Shown: one piece after another, positions 1 to 11,661 of the stretch
Numbering within the stretch: position 1 is the first letter of the stretch
How the letters are laid out: the number at the start of each line of letters is the position of its first letter
From: Octopus sinensis
Lineage: Eukaryota
NCBI RefSeq assembly: GCF_006345805.1
Contig: NC_043002.1
Coordinates: 50,158,001-50,222,000 of the forward strand
Direction of reading: 5' to 3'
DNA: 64,000 nt
The notes under the pieces: generated by a model
Databases searched by the model: none
What the model saw: only the letters and a program-made list of their open reading frames with translations
Told to the model about the DNA's origin: nothing
Made by a program: the position numbers and the translations under genes

Positions 1-673
1 CCTGCCTCTGTCTGTCTGTCTCTTTCTCTCTCAACCCCCCCCCCCCCCCCCCTTTCTCTCTCTTTCTCTCTTTAGCCTTTGGAATCTTAGAATGTTTTTA
101 CCATATCTTCTTCTGCTTTCAGCTTCAGCAAAGTCTTTTTCACTATCTCTGCCGTTTTCGGTCTGTCTTTCTTTCCTTGGTTTCTTGCTTTTACATGCAG
201 CCCTCCTTCTTTCGCTGTCTCGCTCTTTCTTCTTGAATGGTAAAATCACTATGTCTTTCTCCTCCTCTGTCGCCGCCTCCTTCCACCACCACCACCGCCA
301 TTCTTCCCTGCACATGCACTTTCCCACCCAGCCGCACCCCTTCCTCCCCTCCTACCCTGTCCACTTTGCAGCAGAATCTGTTTGCTGTCTCACAGTAAAC
401 GTGTAAACAAATCAGATCACAAGTTAGTGTACAAATGAGGATGAGGGTGAGAGAAGACAATGTGGTGGTTGCAACCAGATGACTGACACCAGAGAGAAAA
501 GGGAGAGAGGGGCTGGGGGGTAATGGGAGAAGGTAGAGGGTACAAAGTGTGTGTGTGTGTGTGTGTGCACATACAGGCATTGTCTGAATGTTAGTCCATT
601 TTTAAAGTGGGTAGAGTCCTTGAGCAAACATGATATTGCGGTGCTCCGCCTTCTCTTGTACTTCCTAACTTAC

Positions 674-707
674 CCGCTCTTTAATCATTCTCTCCACCAA
701 AGCATGT
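674..707 (-). other. candidate 34-nt micro-exon of an unidentified minus-strand transcript
   Basis: Minus strand reads ctttttctctctcAAG|ACATGCTTTGGTGGAGAGAATGATTAAAGAGCGG|GTAAGT: pyrimidine tract, AG acceptor and consensus donor. One open frame (x-HALVERMIKER), not recognised as any protein. Confidence 0.35.
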
Positions 708-1578
708 CTTGAGAGAGAAAAAGCTGTGCTGTTCCCATCCACCTGCCTGCCTGCCCCCCCCCCCAGCTTGCCCACCTGCCTCTTTGCTCCTCCGGCACAC
801 CACCCATACCACCTTACCTTAACGTTGTGCCTTATCGCACCTTCTGCCCTCCACTTCCTCGCCCACTGCACAAATCACTCAAGTCATTCACAAAGTGTTG
901 GCAAGGACCTTCCTCGCTGCATCTTGTAAATTCTCAACACAAATGTACACACACACACACACACACATACACACACGTACATACATGTGCAATGCACACC
1001 ACATACATACACACATATAAATCACCCCTTGGTGCATTCCTCAAATGCTAGAACGGAACAGTTGCCAGCAGGTATGGGGCTTCTTTTATCTGGGCTTCCA
1101 TAGCAAACATGCCAATCAAAAGATCAACCAGGCACTCTCATTCACATACTCTCTTACCCTATGCCTTTCTCTGTATATCTCTCACTCCCTCTCTCTCACC
1201 CCTCTCACTTAACTATCAATATATGCTGAGGAGGTTTGTGAATTGTTGGTGGGTTCACTGGCTGGTTTTCTGGCTGGCTCTCTGAGCACACAGAATCCAT
1301 GCGCACGCACACAAACACTGTTGCATGAACATATGCAGTCTTATGCTTTACATTCTCTTCTCCTTGTCTTTCTCACTCTCTTCTTCGCTGTCTCTTTGCA
1401 TAATGATGTGTGCGTATGTGCGCTTGCGTGTGCATTCAAACATATGTCATATAGTTAAATGTTCATTAGCATATGTTAAACAAATATATGCACGTGTATG
1501 TATGTGTGTATATAGATATATATATATTTGTGAGCATGAGTATTTATGTATATATGTGCAGATATATAACTATATAGT

Positions 1579-1609
<31 letters not shown>

Positions 1610-1671
1610 TCATCATTTAATGTCTATTTTACCATACTTGCATGGGTTAGAATTCATTAAAAAAAAATATG

Positions 1672-2033
1672 AGTGCAGGCATAGCTGTGTAGTAGGAAGT
1701 TTGTTTCCCAATCACATGGTTTTGGGTTCAGTCCCACTGCATGCCACCTTCAGCAAGTGTCCTCTACTTGAGCCTCGGGCCGACCAAATTCTTGCGAGTG
1801 AATTTGGTAGAGGGAAACTGAATGAAGCCCATCATTTATATGTGTGTGTGTGTGTGTATGTATGTATATATTTATGTGTGTGAATCTGTGTTTATGTCTT
1901 CGTAACTTAGTGGCTCAGCAAAAGGGACAGGCAGAATAAGTCCTGGGGTCGATTTCTTCAAATAATACCCTTCAAGGTAGTGCTCCAGCATGGCTGCAGT
2001 CAAATGACTGAAACAAGTAGAAGAATAAAAGAG
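1672..2033 (+). mobile_element. tRNA-derived SINE, family A
   Basis: Head GCTGTGTAGTAGGAAG...GGTTCAGTCCCACTG (A/B-box-like), CORE-like CTTCAGCAAGTGTCCT, internal (TG)n, 3' end CAGTCAAATGACTGAAACAAGTAGAAGAATAAAAGAG; about 20 related copies in the window. Confidence 0.85.
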
Positions 2034-3651
2034 TTCACACACGAATACAAAAAATGCTTTTGATAATATCTTTCAATTTTTCTGGGATGACCCTAAGTAA
2101 TAAATATAGAAGAAATTTTTTGTGATACCAGGCTCTATTAGGTACTAATCAGAATATGCTATCTGTTGGTGGTTAAGTGGCTGCTAGGACATAAGAGACA
2201 ATATAGGCAGGCTTATCCAATAAAACTACATTTATGTTTGTAATATTTGTTATTTCAATAATAAATTCATTGAAAATCCATTTAGTGTAATCAGTAACAT
2301 GATCAATCAACAATCAATAATGCATAGTATAACTCGTGTGTGTGAGATCGGTGCTTTTCTTTCATTTAAGTTGAACTTATAGACATGTCTTGTATGTAAT
2401 TCATACCAAAGCGGGGAAAAAAATTGAAGTGCCTTTATTTAATTACTCTGTGTGTGTGTGTGTGTGTGTGTACAGGGTGATTCTGAAATTCTTTTAGTAT
2501 TTTAATTATGAAATTTTCTGTTTGTTACCAATTTGTTTTATATATTTTTTATTATTGCCTTTGCTATTTTACTCTGTGTGTGTGAGTGTCTTTTGATGTA
2601 TATGTTATTTTAGTAAAAATGGTGTTATCAAAATCAAAATATGATAGAGTAGCCATTGTTCTAAAATGGTACAATGTAATAGTAATCCAATTCAGCTGTC
2701 TACACATACCTAGTCCAACTACCCAGGGTGGTCTGATTGAAGGACTGGCAGTATGAACAGCAGATAGGTGGACCAGCTATCCTGGAACCCCTGAACCATT
2801 GTACACAATAGGAGGACTGAGTTGTGTGTATAGTGGGGAGGTGAATGAAGGTTATTGTGACATGGGAAGTGAGAGAGTTAGGGAGAGGAGACCAAATGTG
2901 CATTAGAATGCATAACTGACCTCAATTATTAGCCTAGTTATATTAATGCTAAAGGGACTTTTGAAAGAATCTGTATGTGTTTTGGAGATCATGTGTATAT
3001 GTTTCCACAAGATCTATAATGTAGCATACATATGGTGTATTCAAGATGGGAAGCCTGTGTTTAATAACAATAACTTACTAAAATAGTAAAACCTTCAACT
3101 TAACAAAGCAAAACGAATTAAAAGAACAAACCAAAAACACCAAACAAAAAACAAATTATTTTTTCTTCCCTTTCGTTAGTAATCAATCAAAAATATTTCT
3201 TCCAATTATGTAATGGAATAGGAGGAGATGGCTGGTGGGAAAAGTGTTTTACATGGAACATAAGTTTTACTTGGTCTTCCTTCTCTCTTAGATATTTTAC
3301 ATCAGTCTAAGCAATCAATCTCATTAATTACTTCTATCGTGACATTTCTCTATCTCAATAGTTTCGTGTGTGTGTGTGTGTGTTCATTGTAAGATAGTCA
3401 AAGGAATAATAAAAGTGGTAGTAGGGAGAACAATAGTGTCCAAAAGAGTTGAAGGTCTTCCCAGTCTGGCGAGATCAATGTGGTTGATGCTCAGCTTCAA
3501 TATCAGTAGAATGAGGGGAGTCCTTGGGCAAGAGGAGAATTCCAAAGGGCTATAGCAACTCTGGACAGGTAAGACTAGGTAAGGTTTTTATTTAGTACAA
3601 GCAGCTGTTGTAGATAAGGCACTAATTATTTCATGGTTTGATAAGAAAAGT

Positions 3652-3978
3652 GTGAAGGGGTGTGGCTTAGTGGTTAGGGTATTCAGCATATGATCATATA
3701 GTTGTGAGTTCAATCTCCAGCGATGTGCTGTGTGTCCTTGAGCAAGATACTTTATTTCACATTGCTCCAGTCCACTCTGCTGGCAAAATGAATTGTTCCT
3801 GTATTTCAAAGGACTGGCCATGTCACACTCTGTGTCACACTGATTCTCCCTGAGAACTATGTTAAGAGTATGTGTATTTGTGGGCTGCTCAGCCACTTTC
3901 ACATTAATTCCATGAGCAGGCTGTTCTGTTGATTGGATCAACTGGAACCCTTGTTGTTATAACCGATGGAGTGCCAGT
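3652..3978 (+). mobile_element. tRNA-derived SINE, family E (CORE-like centre)
   Basis: TGGCTTAGTGGTTAGGG (A box), GAGTTCAATCTCC (B box), CCTTGAGCAAGATACTTTATTTCACATTGCTCCAG, tail GTCACACTCTGTGTCACACTG...GGATCAACTGGAACCC. Confidence 0.8.
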
Positions 3979-4582
3979 TAGTTAAGAAAAGCAAGGACAG
4001 GTAAAATAAATAAAATAGTTTTAGTGGCATTGTTTTTTTTTTATTTTTAACACATTAATTTGTGTAGGTTGAACTATGTAAAATGTCACAGAAAGAAACC
4101 TAGCTGTTCCTTGCAATACATACCAATACATATATCTGAAGTAAAATTTTTTCAAGGGCCCTTAAAATATTCTTGTGGGTTCCCAATTTACTATTTTGTT
4201 GCATGGACCCCCCAAAATCTTATATGGCCCCTGGTTGAGAACAACTGATTTAGCAAGAAGGAAAGGCAGCACCCATTACATTATATATAGAGAGCCTCTA
4301 ATACTGATGGAAAGGAGGGAAGAAACTGGTCACATGAAACATGACTCATCATGTGGTCAGCCACTCCAGTATAAAAAAAAAAAAAACAAATCAGAAGGTC
4401 TCCTGGGACATGGGGGTCCCCATGACTGATTTACTCTATTTGAATTTTGCCACTTTGTGGGTTTTGTCAGCAGCATTCTTTCTACATGAAGCCACATGTG
4501 CTCTATCTATCTACATATATCACTACTTGTTTTCATCCATAGCGCCCTCTTGTTGCTATCTCCCACTCTCTAAGCATTTATT

Positions 4583-4750
4583 ACATGCAGGTGGCAGAAT
4601 CGTTACCACACCTCGAAAAATGCTTAGTGGTGTTTCATCCACATTTATGTTTGAATTCTGCTGAAGTCAACTTAGCCTTTCATTCTTTTGGAGCTAATAA
4701 AATAAGTACCAGTTGAGCATTGATCTCATTATAATCAACTTGATTATTCC
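4583..4750 (+). mobile_element. tRNA-derived SINE, family B (degraded)
   Basis: GGCAGAATCGTTA...AAATGCTTAGTGGT...GAAGTCAACTTAGCCTTTCATTCTTTTGG...AAGTACCAG, matching the better copies at 16806-17037 and 55075-55262. Confidence 0.7.
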
Positions 4751-4789
4751 TGGGTATGAGTATAAAAAAAACTGCATCCCTTTGCCAAC

Positions 4790-4925
4790 CATTTCCAGCC
4801 AGTGTGGCAGAGTAGGCTCATCAAACTAATATGATCTCTAGCTCAGATTCACAACCTCCACATCAGACTGTGGTTGGTTGAGAGAGCATGTTGAGGCCTT
4901 CATCCTGCAGTGGACTGAACATAGG
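4790..4925 (+). mobile_element. RTE-type LINE 3' end fragment
   Basis: Translates to REHVEAFILQWTEHR*, resembling the EA..QW C-terminus of RTE ORFs. Confidence 0.4.
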
Positions 4926-5997
4926 TAGTCTTAGCCAATCTAGTCCAATCCACTATTACTATGTGGAATTCTCACCTACTCTTTCATAATACCTTTTCCT
5001 ACCAGCTCCAATATTCACTAGCATAGCTAGAAGGGAATGTCCCCTTCTCCTGGTAGTACTTTTATGAGGGCTGCATCACTTTTGGGTCTGTTGTAGGTTA
5101 TAAGCCTGTGTAAGCTATTTTGAAATCAAATAATAGTGGTTTTAATGTCAGGACATGGACATTACTCACCATTAAATACAACAACTGATATAGCCACTCT
5201 GCAATTTGTATTCTTTGTGGGGGCCCCGAGGCAGCAAACTGAAGGGCCACCCCAGGTAGAACACACTCTAGATACACCACTGCCAATATTATGTATTTAT
5301 TATCCACTCTAATTGCATTCCTCTAATCTATCAGCTGTGAGTAATGATCTGCACTGACTTTAAACTCTCTCGTGTGTACACATGCATGCATACACACACA
5401 CACACGTGCACACAGCTTTCAGACTCTGAAAAAATGCAGGAAGCTGAGCCACTACCGACACAATAGAAAGAATCAAAATGACATGGAGAGAAAACAAAAA
5501 CAAATTTAAAAAATATAAAATATACCTGAACACTAATCCTACCTCAAATATGTAATACCAAATAGTAAAGTATACCAAATGTTTTCAAAACAAAACAAAA
5601 AAAATAAGCCGAAAAACACCCCAGAAAAATCTGGGGAAAAAACCAAAAAAAAACCATAATGGCTAAATGTACTAATGGTGAAAAAAGCAGAAAAAAAAAT
5701 TAGATTGAGAAAATGTACAATGTCACAAAAACTACAACATATGCCCATCACCTACTGCAGACCCTGGAGATAATAGTTTTTTTGTTTGTTTTTTTTTTTT
5801 TTATGAAAAAAATAAAGAACATAAATAAATAACAGCAAAATACCTGAAACAGTTCAAGGTTGAGTGGCCAGCACTGCTAGCTTACAAATCACTGGTGTGA
5901 CATTTTGACCTTTTCTTGTAGAAAGTCTTCTGCTTATACTCCACCCTGACCCAAACATTGTGACCTCTTCAATTAAGAAATACCAGTATATTCATTA

Positions 5998-6056
5998 CTC
6001 TCTCTCTCTCTCCTTTAAAACATAGGATTCTCTCTCTCTCTCCTTTAAAACATAGG

Positions 6057-6088
<32 letters not shown>
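5998..6088. repeat. 30-bp tandem repeat (two copies) embedded in (CT)n
   Basis: CTCTCTCTCTCTCCTTTAAAACATAGGATT repeated twice, then (CT)n. Confidence 0.9.
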
Positions 6089-6090
<2 letters not shown>

Positions 6091-6821
6091 TTGTTCCATT
6101 TGTAGGTGCCCTTTGCCATATGTCATGCTTCTGTGATTCTGTGATGCTTTCTTTCCCAAATCTGTAAACAAAAAAAAAAAGAAGAAAAAAAGAAAAAAAA
6201 AAGACAAGCACAACATAACTTGACTCTAACATGTAACAATGTCTAGATTCAATATTTTGGCAGAAATTATTTCATTTTTTTTTTTTTTGGTAATTTCTTT
6301 TTGTTTACAATTTATTTACTATATATTTTAAATCTGTTTTTTTTTTTTCATTTTTTTTTTGTATTCAGTTGTAATTTTTAGATTTATCTTAGTTAATTTT
6401 CTATGGCATCTTGTCCTGTTTGTTTGTTTGTCGCCCGGCTTCCCAGCCCACCCCACCTTCTTCTTTGCAGAGAGCATCACTATACAGCAATGTCTCTACA
6501 TATAAGCACTCAAGAAGTTAAGAACAAATCTGTTTTATGGACCAGTCAAGCTTTTGATAAACATGGCATTGAAAAAAGTTTCAGTAAACTTTGACATTTT
6601 CATGGTTATTTTGTCATTTTTTTTTTTTCCTTTACAGATTAATTTTTTTGTTTGTTTTTGGTGTCTTTGTTTACTTTTGTGTTTCTTTTGTTTTATTTTT
6701 TCACTCTTGCCACTTGCTTGAAGGAATTCCCCCCTCCCACTTTTTATTTATTTAAAAAAAATTATTATTTTTTTTTTTATTTGTAAAAGACCTCAGAATG
6801 GTTATTTGTGTGTGTGTGGAC

Positions 6822-6871
<50 letters not shown>

Positions 6872-7014
6872 TGCGTACATGCACATTAAAAAAAAAATTA
6901 CAGTATTTCCTTTTTGTCATTGACTTTAAATGTTTGCATGGGTTGGATGCATCTGCAAATTCAGATACTTTAAGCATTATTTTTGGAATCATTTTTGTTT
7001 TTTATTGTGTGTAG

Positions 7015-7250
7015 GTGTGTGGGTTAGTAGTTAGGTTATTCAGCTCACTATTGCATGGTTATGTGTTCAGTCCCCCAGCAGTGCATCATCCTCGAACAAA
7101 ACACTTTATTGCACATTGCTCTAGTTCACTCACCTGGCCAAAATGAGTAGTACCTGTATTGTCATACTCTGTGTTATGCTGATTCTCCCAGGGGTACTAT
7201 ATTAAGGGTATGCAGTATCTGGAGTGCTCAGTCACTTGCATGTTAATTAG
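7015..7250 (+). mobile_element. SINE family E, degraded
   Basis: GAACAAAACACTTTATTGCACATTGCTCTAGTTCACTC...GTCATACTCTGTGTTATGCTGATTCTCCC, homologous to 3652-3978. Confidence 0.7.
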
Positions 7251-7286
7251 TGGTTTTAGGTTCAATCCTACTGTGAAGCACCTTAG

Positions 7287-7645
7287 ACAGTGGAGATGCA
7301 ATGGCCCAGTGGTTAGGGCAGCGGACTCGTGGTCGGAGGATCGAAGTTTCGATTCCCAGGCTAGGCGTTGTGTGTGTTTATTGAGGCTCCGGCAGGGGGT
7401 GGTGGCGACCCGTGTTGTACTCTTTCGCTCCAACTTTCTCTCACTCTTTCTTCCTGTTTCTTGCACCTGACTTCCCATGCAACCACTGAGCCTGGATACG
7501 CATTCATCCATCCATCGATGCTCTCGATGTCGGGGGTTGACCTGCTTTCTCTTCTGCGGGTCTTACGAATAGCAAAGGACCATGTTTCGGACTTCTCCCA
7601 CTAATGGGACGAAGACTGCTCCACTCAACAAACAAACAAACAAAC
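7287..7645 (+). mobile_element. young tRNA-derived SINE (family G) with 10-bp TSD and (AAAC)n tail
   Basis: TSD AGCACCTTAG at 7277-7286 and 7646-7655; A box TGGCCCAGTGG, B box GTTTCGATTCC; (AAAC)n tail; CpGs retained; splits a family A copy. Confidence 0.85.
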
Positions 7646-8329
7646 AGCACCTTAGGCAAGTGTCTTCTCCTATTGCCCCACTCTAATTAATGCTTTGTGG
7701 GTGAATTCTATTACCTGAAACATTTTGGAAGTTCATCATATATATGTATGTATGCATGTGTGTGTGTGATGTTTGTCTTTGTTTCCATCACTACTTGATG
7801 ATCAGTACTGTTTTTTTTTTAACTTAGTGGTTTGACAAAAGCGACTGACAGAATAAGTATTAGTGCACTGAGTTCAAATCATGATGAGAACATTTCTGCT
7901 TTTTTTTTCTTTCTTACTATCTTGGGTGGGTTGGATGGAAACAGTACCATTCTAGAGTTGTAGATTGGTGTGGGTCTATGCTTTTTGAGTTCAAATCCCA
8001 CCTTATCATTAACACATTTATTTGTATCTGGCATTCCCTCTTCAACTGCCACCACCACATAAATAGTAAAACTATGAGATTTTAATATTTGGATGGCTCT
8101 TTTTTTTTAAATTCTTAATTATTTTTTTGTATTGATTATCATTTTCTCTTCCTCTTTTCATTTCTAGATGTGAGTAGCTATGTAGATCCCTTTACAGAAA
8201 TCTGCTGTCCCCCCATCACCTCACATTTATATTAATCCCCTCACCTCTTAGCGCGAGCCCCCCACTTTCCCCAGGGTTGGAAGTACTGTGAATGGTATGA
8301 CAAACTCAATAGTGCAGGCAGCATGAAAA

Positions 8330-8505
8330 ACACTCAGTCCACAATCCACACTGTAAAGTGTTTGGCATTAGAAAGGGTGTCTCTGCCGTTTCTAATGCCA
8401 AAAATCACACCAAAGCAGACATCAGATCTGGTCAAACCATCCATCTCATGCTAACATGGAACATGGATGTTAGAGGTGGAGGAGGATGTTGATGATGATG
8501 ATTTA
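8330..8505 (+). mobile_element. RTE-tail short element, family C (degraded)
   Basis: TTTGGCATTAGAAAGGGTG...CATGCTAACATGGAACATGGATGTTAGAGG followed by (GAT)n. Confidence 0.6.
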
Positions 8506-8689
8506 GTTGGAAAGTGCAAGTAGTTCCCATTTTGTACCGAGGTCAGTGTTGTTTTACCCTGGTCATCTCTGAAAGAACAAGCATGCATATGATTGTTAGG
8601 CATGCTATTTAGAAAGTCCCATGGGCCACTGATGCCCTTCACTGTTGTAGAGCATTCCATGGATTTATTTCAGCCAAACCCATCTATGT

Positions 8690-8900
8690 TGAAGTGCATG
8701 GCTTCGTGGTTAAAGTGTTGGACTCCTGATTGTTAAATTTTGGTTTTGGTTCCTGAACCAGGTAATGTGTTGTGTTTTTGTGCAGAACACTTCACTTCAC
8801 ATTGCTCCTGTCCACACAACTGATAAAAATGAGTAATCCTCTGATGGACTAGCATCCCATCCAGTAAGAAATTTTTAGGCCATACAAGGAAACTAGCCTT
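8690..8900 (+). mobile_element. SINE family F (tRNA head, CORE-like, V-domain-like GATGGACTAGCATCCCATCCAG)
   Basis: GGCTTCGTGGTTAAAGTGTTGGACTC head; CACTTCACATTGCTCC; CTGATGGACTAGCATCCCATCCAG. Confidence 0.65.
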
Positions 8901-9233
8901 ATGCCCCTTACAAACTAATGTGGGCTAACCAAAGCACATCTATAAACAAGGTTTGATTTTCTCTCTCTACCTCTCTTTCTAGAGAGAGTCCAGTGTTAAC
9001 TAGTAAGAATGTTCTCTAAAATTAATTATTAATTTTTGTTTTACATTTTTAGTTCAGCTACCAGCAGTATTTCATCAAAAGCAGGCTGGTCTTTATCAGA
9101 CAACTGTCCAACATTCTATCTATCTTCTTTGAACAAACATTAGGCCCTCTTATGAGTTCTTTGACACATGACAGTAATTCATTTGCAACATCTAAAAGTA
9201 AAAAATTCGCAGAACCATCAAATGCCTTGTTAA

Positions 9234-9658
9234 CCCTTTCATTACTAAAATTATGTTTAAAATACTTCTTTCATTTCAGTTAAAGCAACAAGGTGTTTAG
9301 TAAAATAAATTTGTCCTTATTAACCCTTTAGCATTTAAATGGACCACATCCAGCCAAAATATTTTACAAGTTTTACGTTCAAATCAGCCGGATCTCTCCT
9401 CTCACACCAATATCATTCTAAAAATTAACAGTTACCTCATCAAAATCTGAAAGTTACGAAATAACGTATCATTCATTTTCAAAAAAGTGATTAAATGAGC
9501 AGTACTTTGGACAGAATAATGTAAATGCTAAAGGGTTAAGCTACTCTATGAAACTTAAATTAACATAGGATTTTAGGGGCAGGTTTTTAATTTCAATCAC
9601 TTTAAAAGTTTCTCTTATAGAATCAGGAACAGTCGCAGGCAGGTTGGTATCAAAAGGG
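9234..9658. mobile_element. piggyBac-type MITE (outer), TTAA TSD
   Basis: TTAA|CCCTTTCATTAC...GGTATCAAAAGGG|TTAA; related internal sequence at ~48760-48950. Confidence 0.75.
9324..9535. mobile_element. piggyBac-type MITE (inner, nested), TTAA TSD
   Basis: Perfect 14-bp TIR CCCTTTAGCATTTA / TAAATGCTAAAGGG flanked by TTAA at 9320-9323 and 9536-9539. Confidence 0.85.
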
Positions 9659-9817
9659 TTAATATGAGAGAAAAAAGGAGAATCAATTTTTTTTTCATCA
9701 CCTTATAAATAAATATTGGGAAAAGAAATGGTAAACATAAATAATTGATAAAATTATACGTAATTCTATTGCGTTAGATAACGACGGAAATGGTGTGGAA
9801 CTCAGGGTCTGAGTTTG

Positions 9818-9866
<49 letters not shown>

Positions 9867-10036
9867 ATCTCAAGCTAAGCAAATACAATATTGTTTCTTT
9901 AATTTGCTTTCCTGTTTGTATTGCTAAGTAGCCTTTTACTGTGTGTCTAAGTTTGCTCAGAACCATTGTGTATGACAAATACTGTTGTGTGGTGTTTTTT
10001 CATTTGCTTGGTATTTTATTGTCCTTCTTTATATAT

Positions 10037-10086
<50 letters not shown>

Positions 10087-10187
10087 GAATATATATTCAC
10101 CCACACCTACATACATAATAATATACACACACATATTCATCATGGTATATTCATATACATATAAGTAATGGTGTGTGTGTGTGCGTG

Positions 10188-10218
<31 letters not shown>

Positions 10219-11238
10219 ATATATGCACACACAATGACGTGCATGCATATATTTACACACATGTATGCATGTGTATATATATATATATAAATAGGCATTC
10301 CATGCGATTCATTAGGAAAGCAGAAGAAAAATACTGCACGCCATTGAAAGCTGTGATAATCAATTTCCTGATAACATGAGTCAGATCATTCCTTCATTTC
10401 TGGCGCTGACTGCCTAAAACAAAAACACCGTGTGCACGTGTTGCTGGTTATTTGACACTTGTATATCAGCATTTTCTGACATGACGGGAGCAAGGCTTGC
10501 GAGCATCTTCACCGTCTTCACTGACAAAAACAGCTCAGTAAAAAGGACTACTTCGTTTCTTGGAATCTTATTGGTTAACGACCTTCACCTTTCCTCGGTG
10601 GTTCCAAAGCTGTTGTGACACCAGAGAATCTCTGTTGGCAGTTTGAATGTCAGGCTAACCGTTCTGCCGCCACCGCCGCCATTTGCTGACTCCGACGCCA
10701 TTGATGTTATTTTTGCTTCCGAGTTAACGTTGTTGTCACAGGATTAACCGTTTATTAGCTTCACTCATTTTTGGCTTGCTTTCTGCTTTTGTAGAAATCA
10801 CTCCAGATAGACACACATAAGCATGCACACATACTTACACATACATATAGTCAGTTACCCTTACACGTATGTGTGTGTATGTATCAGTCTGTTTATGTGC
10901 CTAGGTTGATGGACCTTTCAATGGATGAATAGATTTAGATAAATATATATTGAAGTGTTGAACAATGCAGAGATATGTCAGTATGTATATAGAAAAGCCT
11001 GTGTATGAGGAAACTATATATACATCATCCATACATGTATGTGGACCGATGTGTATATATATTTATACACTCACACGCACATACACTGGTTAATGATCTC
11101 CCATATATATATATATATATATATATAACTTTTACATATATATCAATATGTTAACCATATGTGTATACACACACTCACAAGCAAACATATTCACACAACA
11201 TGCCCATATGTGCAGTATATGTATGTATAAGATAGGTA

Positions 11239-11270
<32 letters not shown>

Positions 11271-11282
11271 CATGCATGCATG

Positions 11283-11661
11283 CACAGGCTTGGCTTTGTA
11301 GTAAGAAGTTTGCTTTCTGATCACATGGTTCTAGGTTCAGTCTCACTGTGTGGCAGCTTGCCCTAGTGTCCTCTACTATAGCTTTGGGCTGATGAGAGCC
11401 TTGTGTGTGGATTTGGTAGATGGAAACTGAAAGAAGCCAGTCATGTATATGTGTGTATGTGTGATGGAGGTTGTTTTTGTGTGTTTGTCCCCCACCACTT
11501 GTGGATAACCTATGTTGGTTTGTTTGCATTCCTGTAACTTAGTAGTTTGGCAAAAGAAAACTATAGAATAAGTACTGGGGTTGCTCTCAATGTCTAAAAC
11601 CCTTCAGGATAGTGCCCCAGCATGGCCACAATTCAATGACGATTACAAGTAAAAGATAAAG
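11283..11661 (+). mobile_element. SINE family A
   Basis: GGCTTTGTAGTAAGAAGTTTGC...GGATTTGGTAGATGGAAACTGAAAGAAGCC...CCCCAGCATGGCCACAATTCAATGAC. Confidence 0.85.

Noticed and set aside
31-406. 98-aa charged ORF (minus) and 104-aa hydrophobic ORF (plus)
   Set aside because: Explained by GA/CT strand bias; no domain recognised and no convincing splice boundaries.
2700-3580. Possible CR1/L2 remnants (WSPLPNSL at 2700-2905; SPLWN-like at 3420-3580)
   Set aside because: Similarity too weak to call by eye.
4150-4248. hAT-like terminus (CAGTTGTTCTCAACC on the minus strand); also a CAGTGGTGTATCTAG-type end near 5267-5281
   Set aside because: Only one end found in each case, with no partner TIR or TSD.
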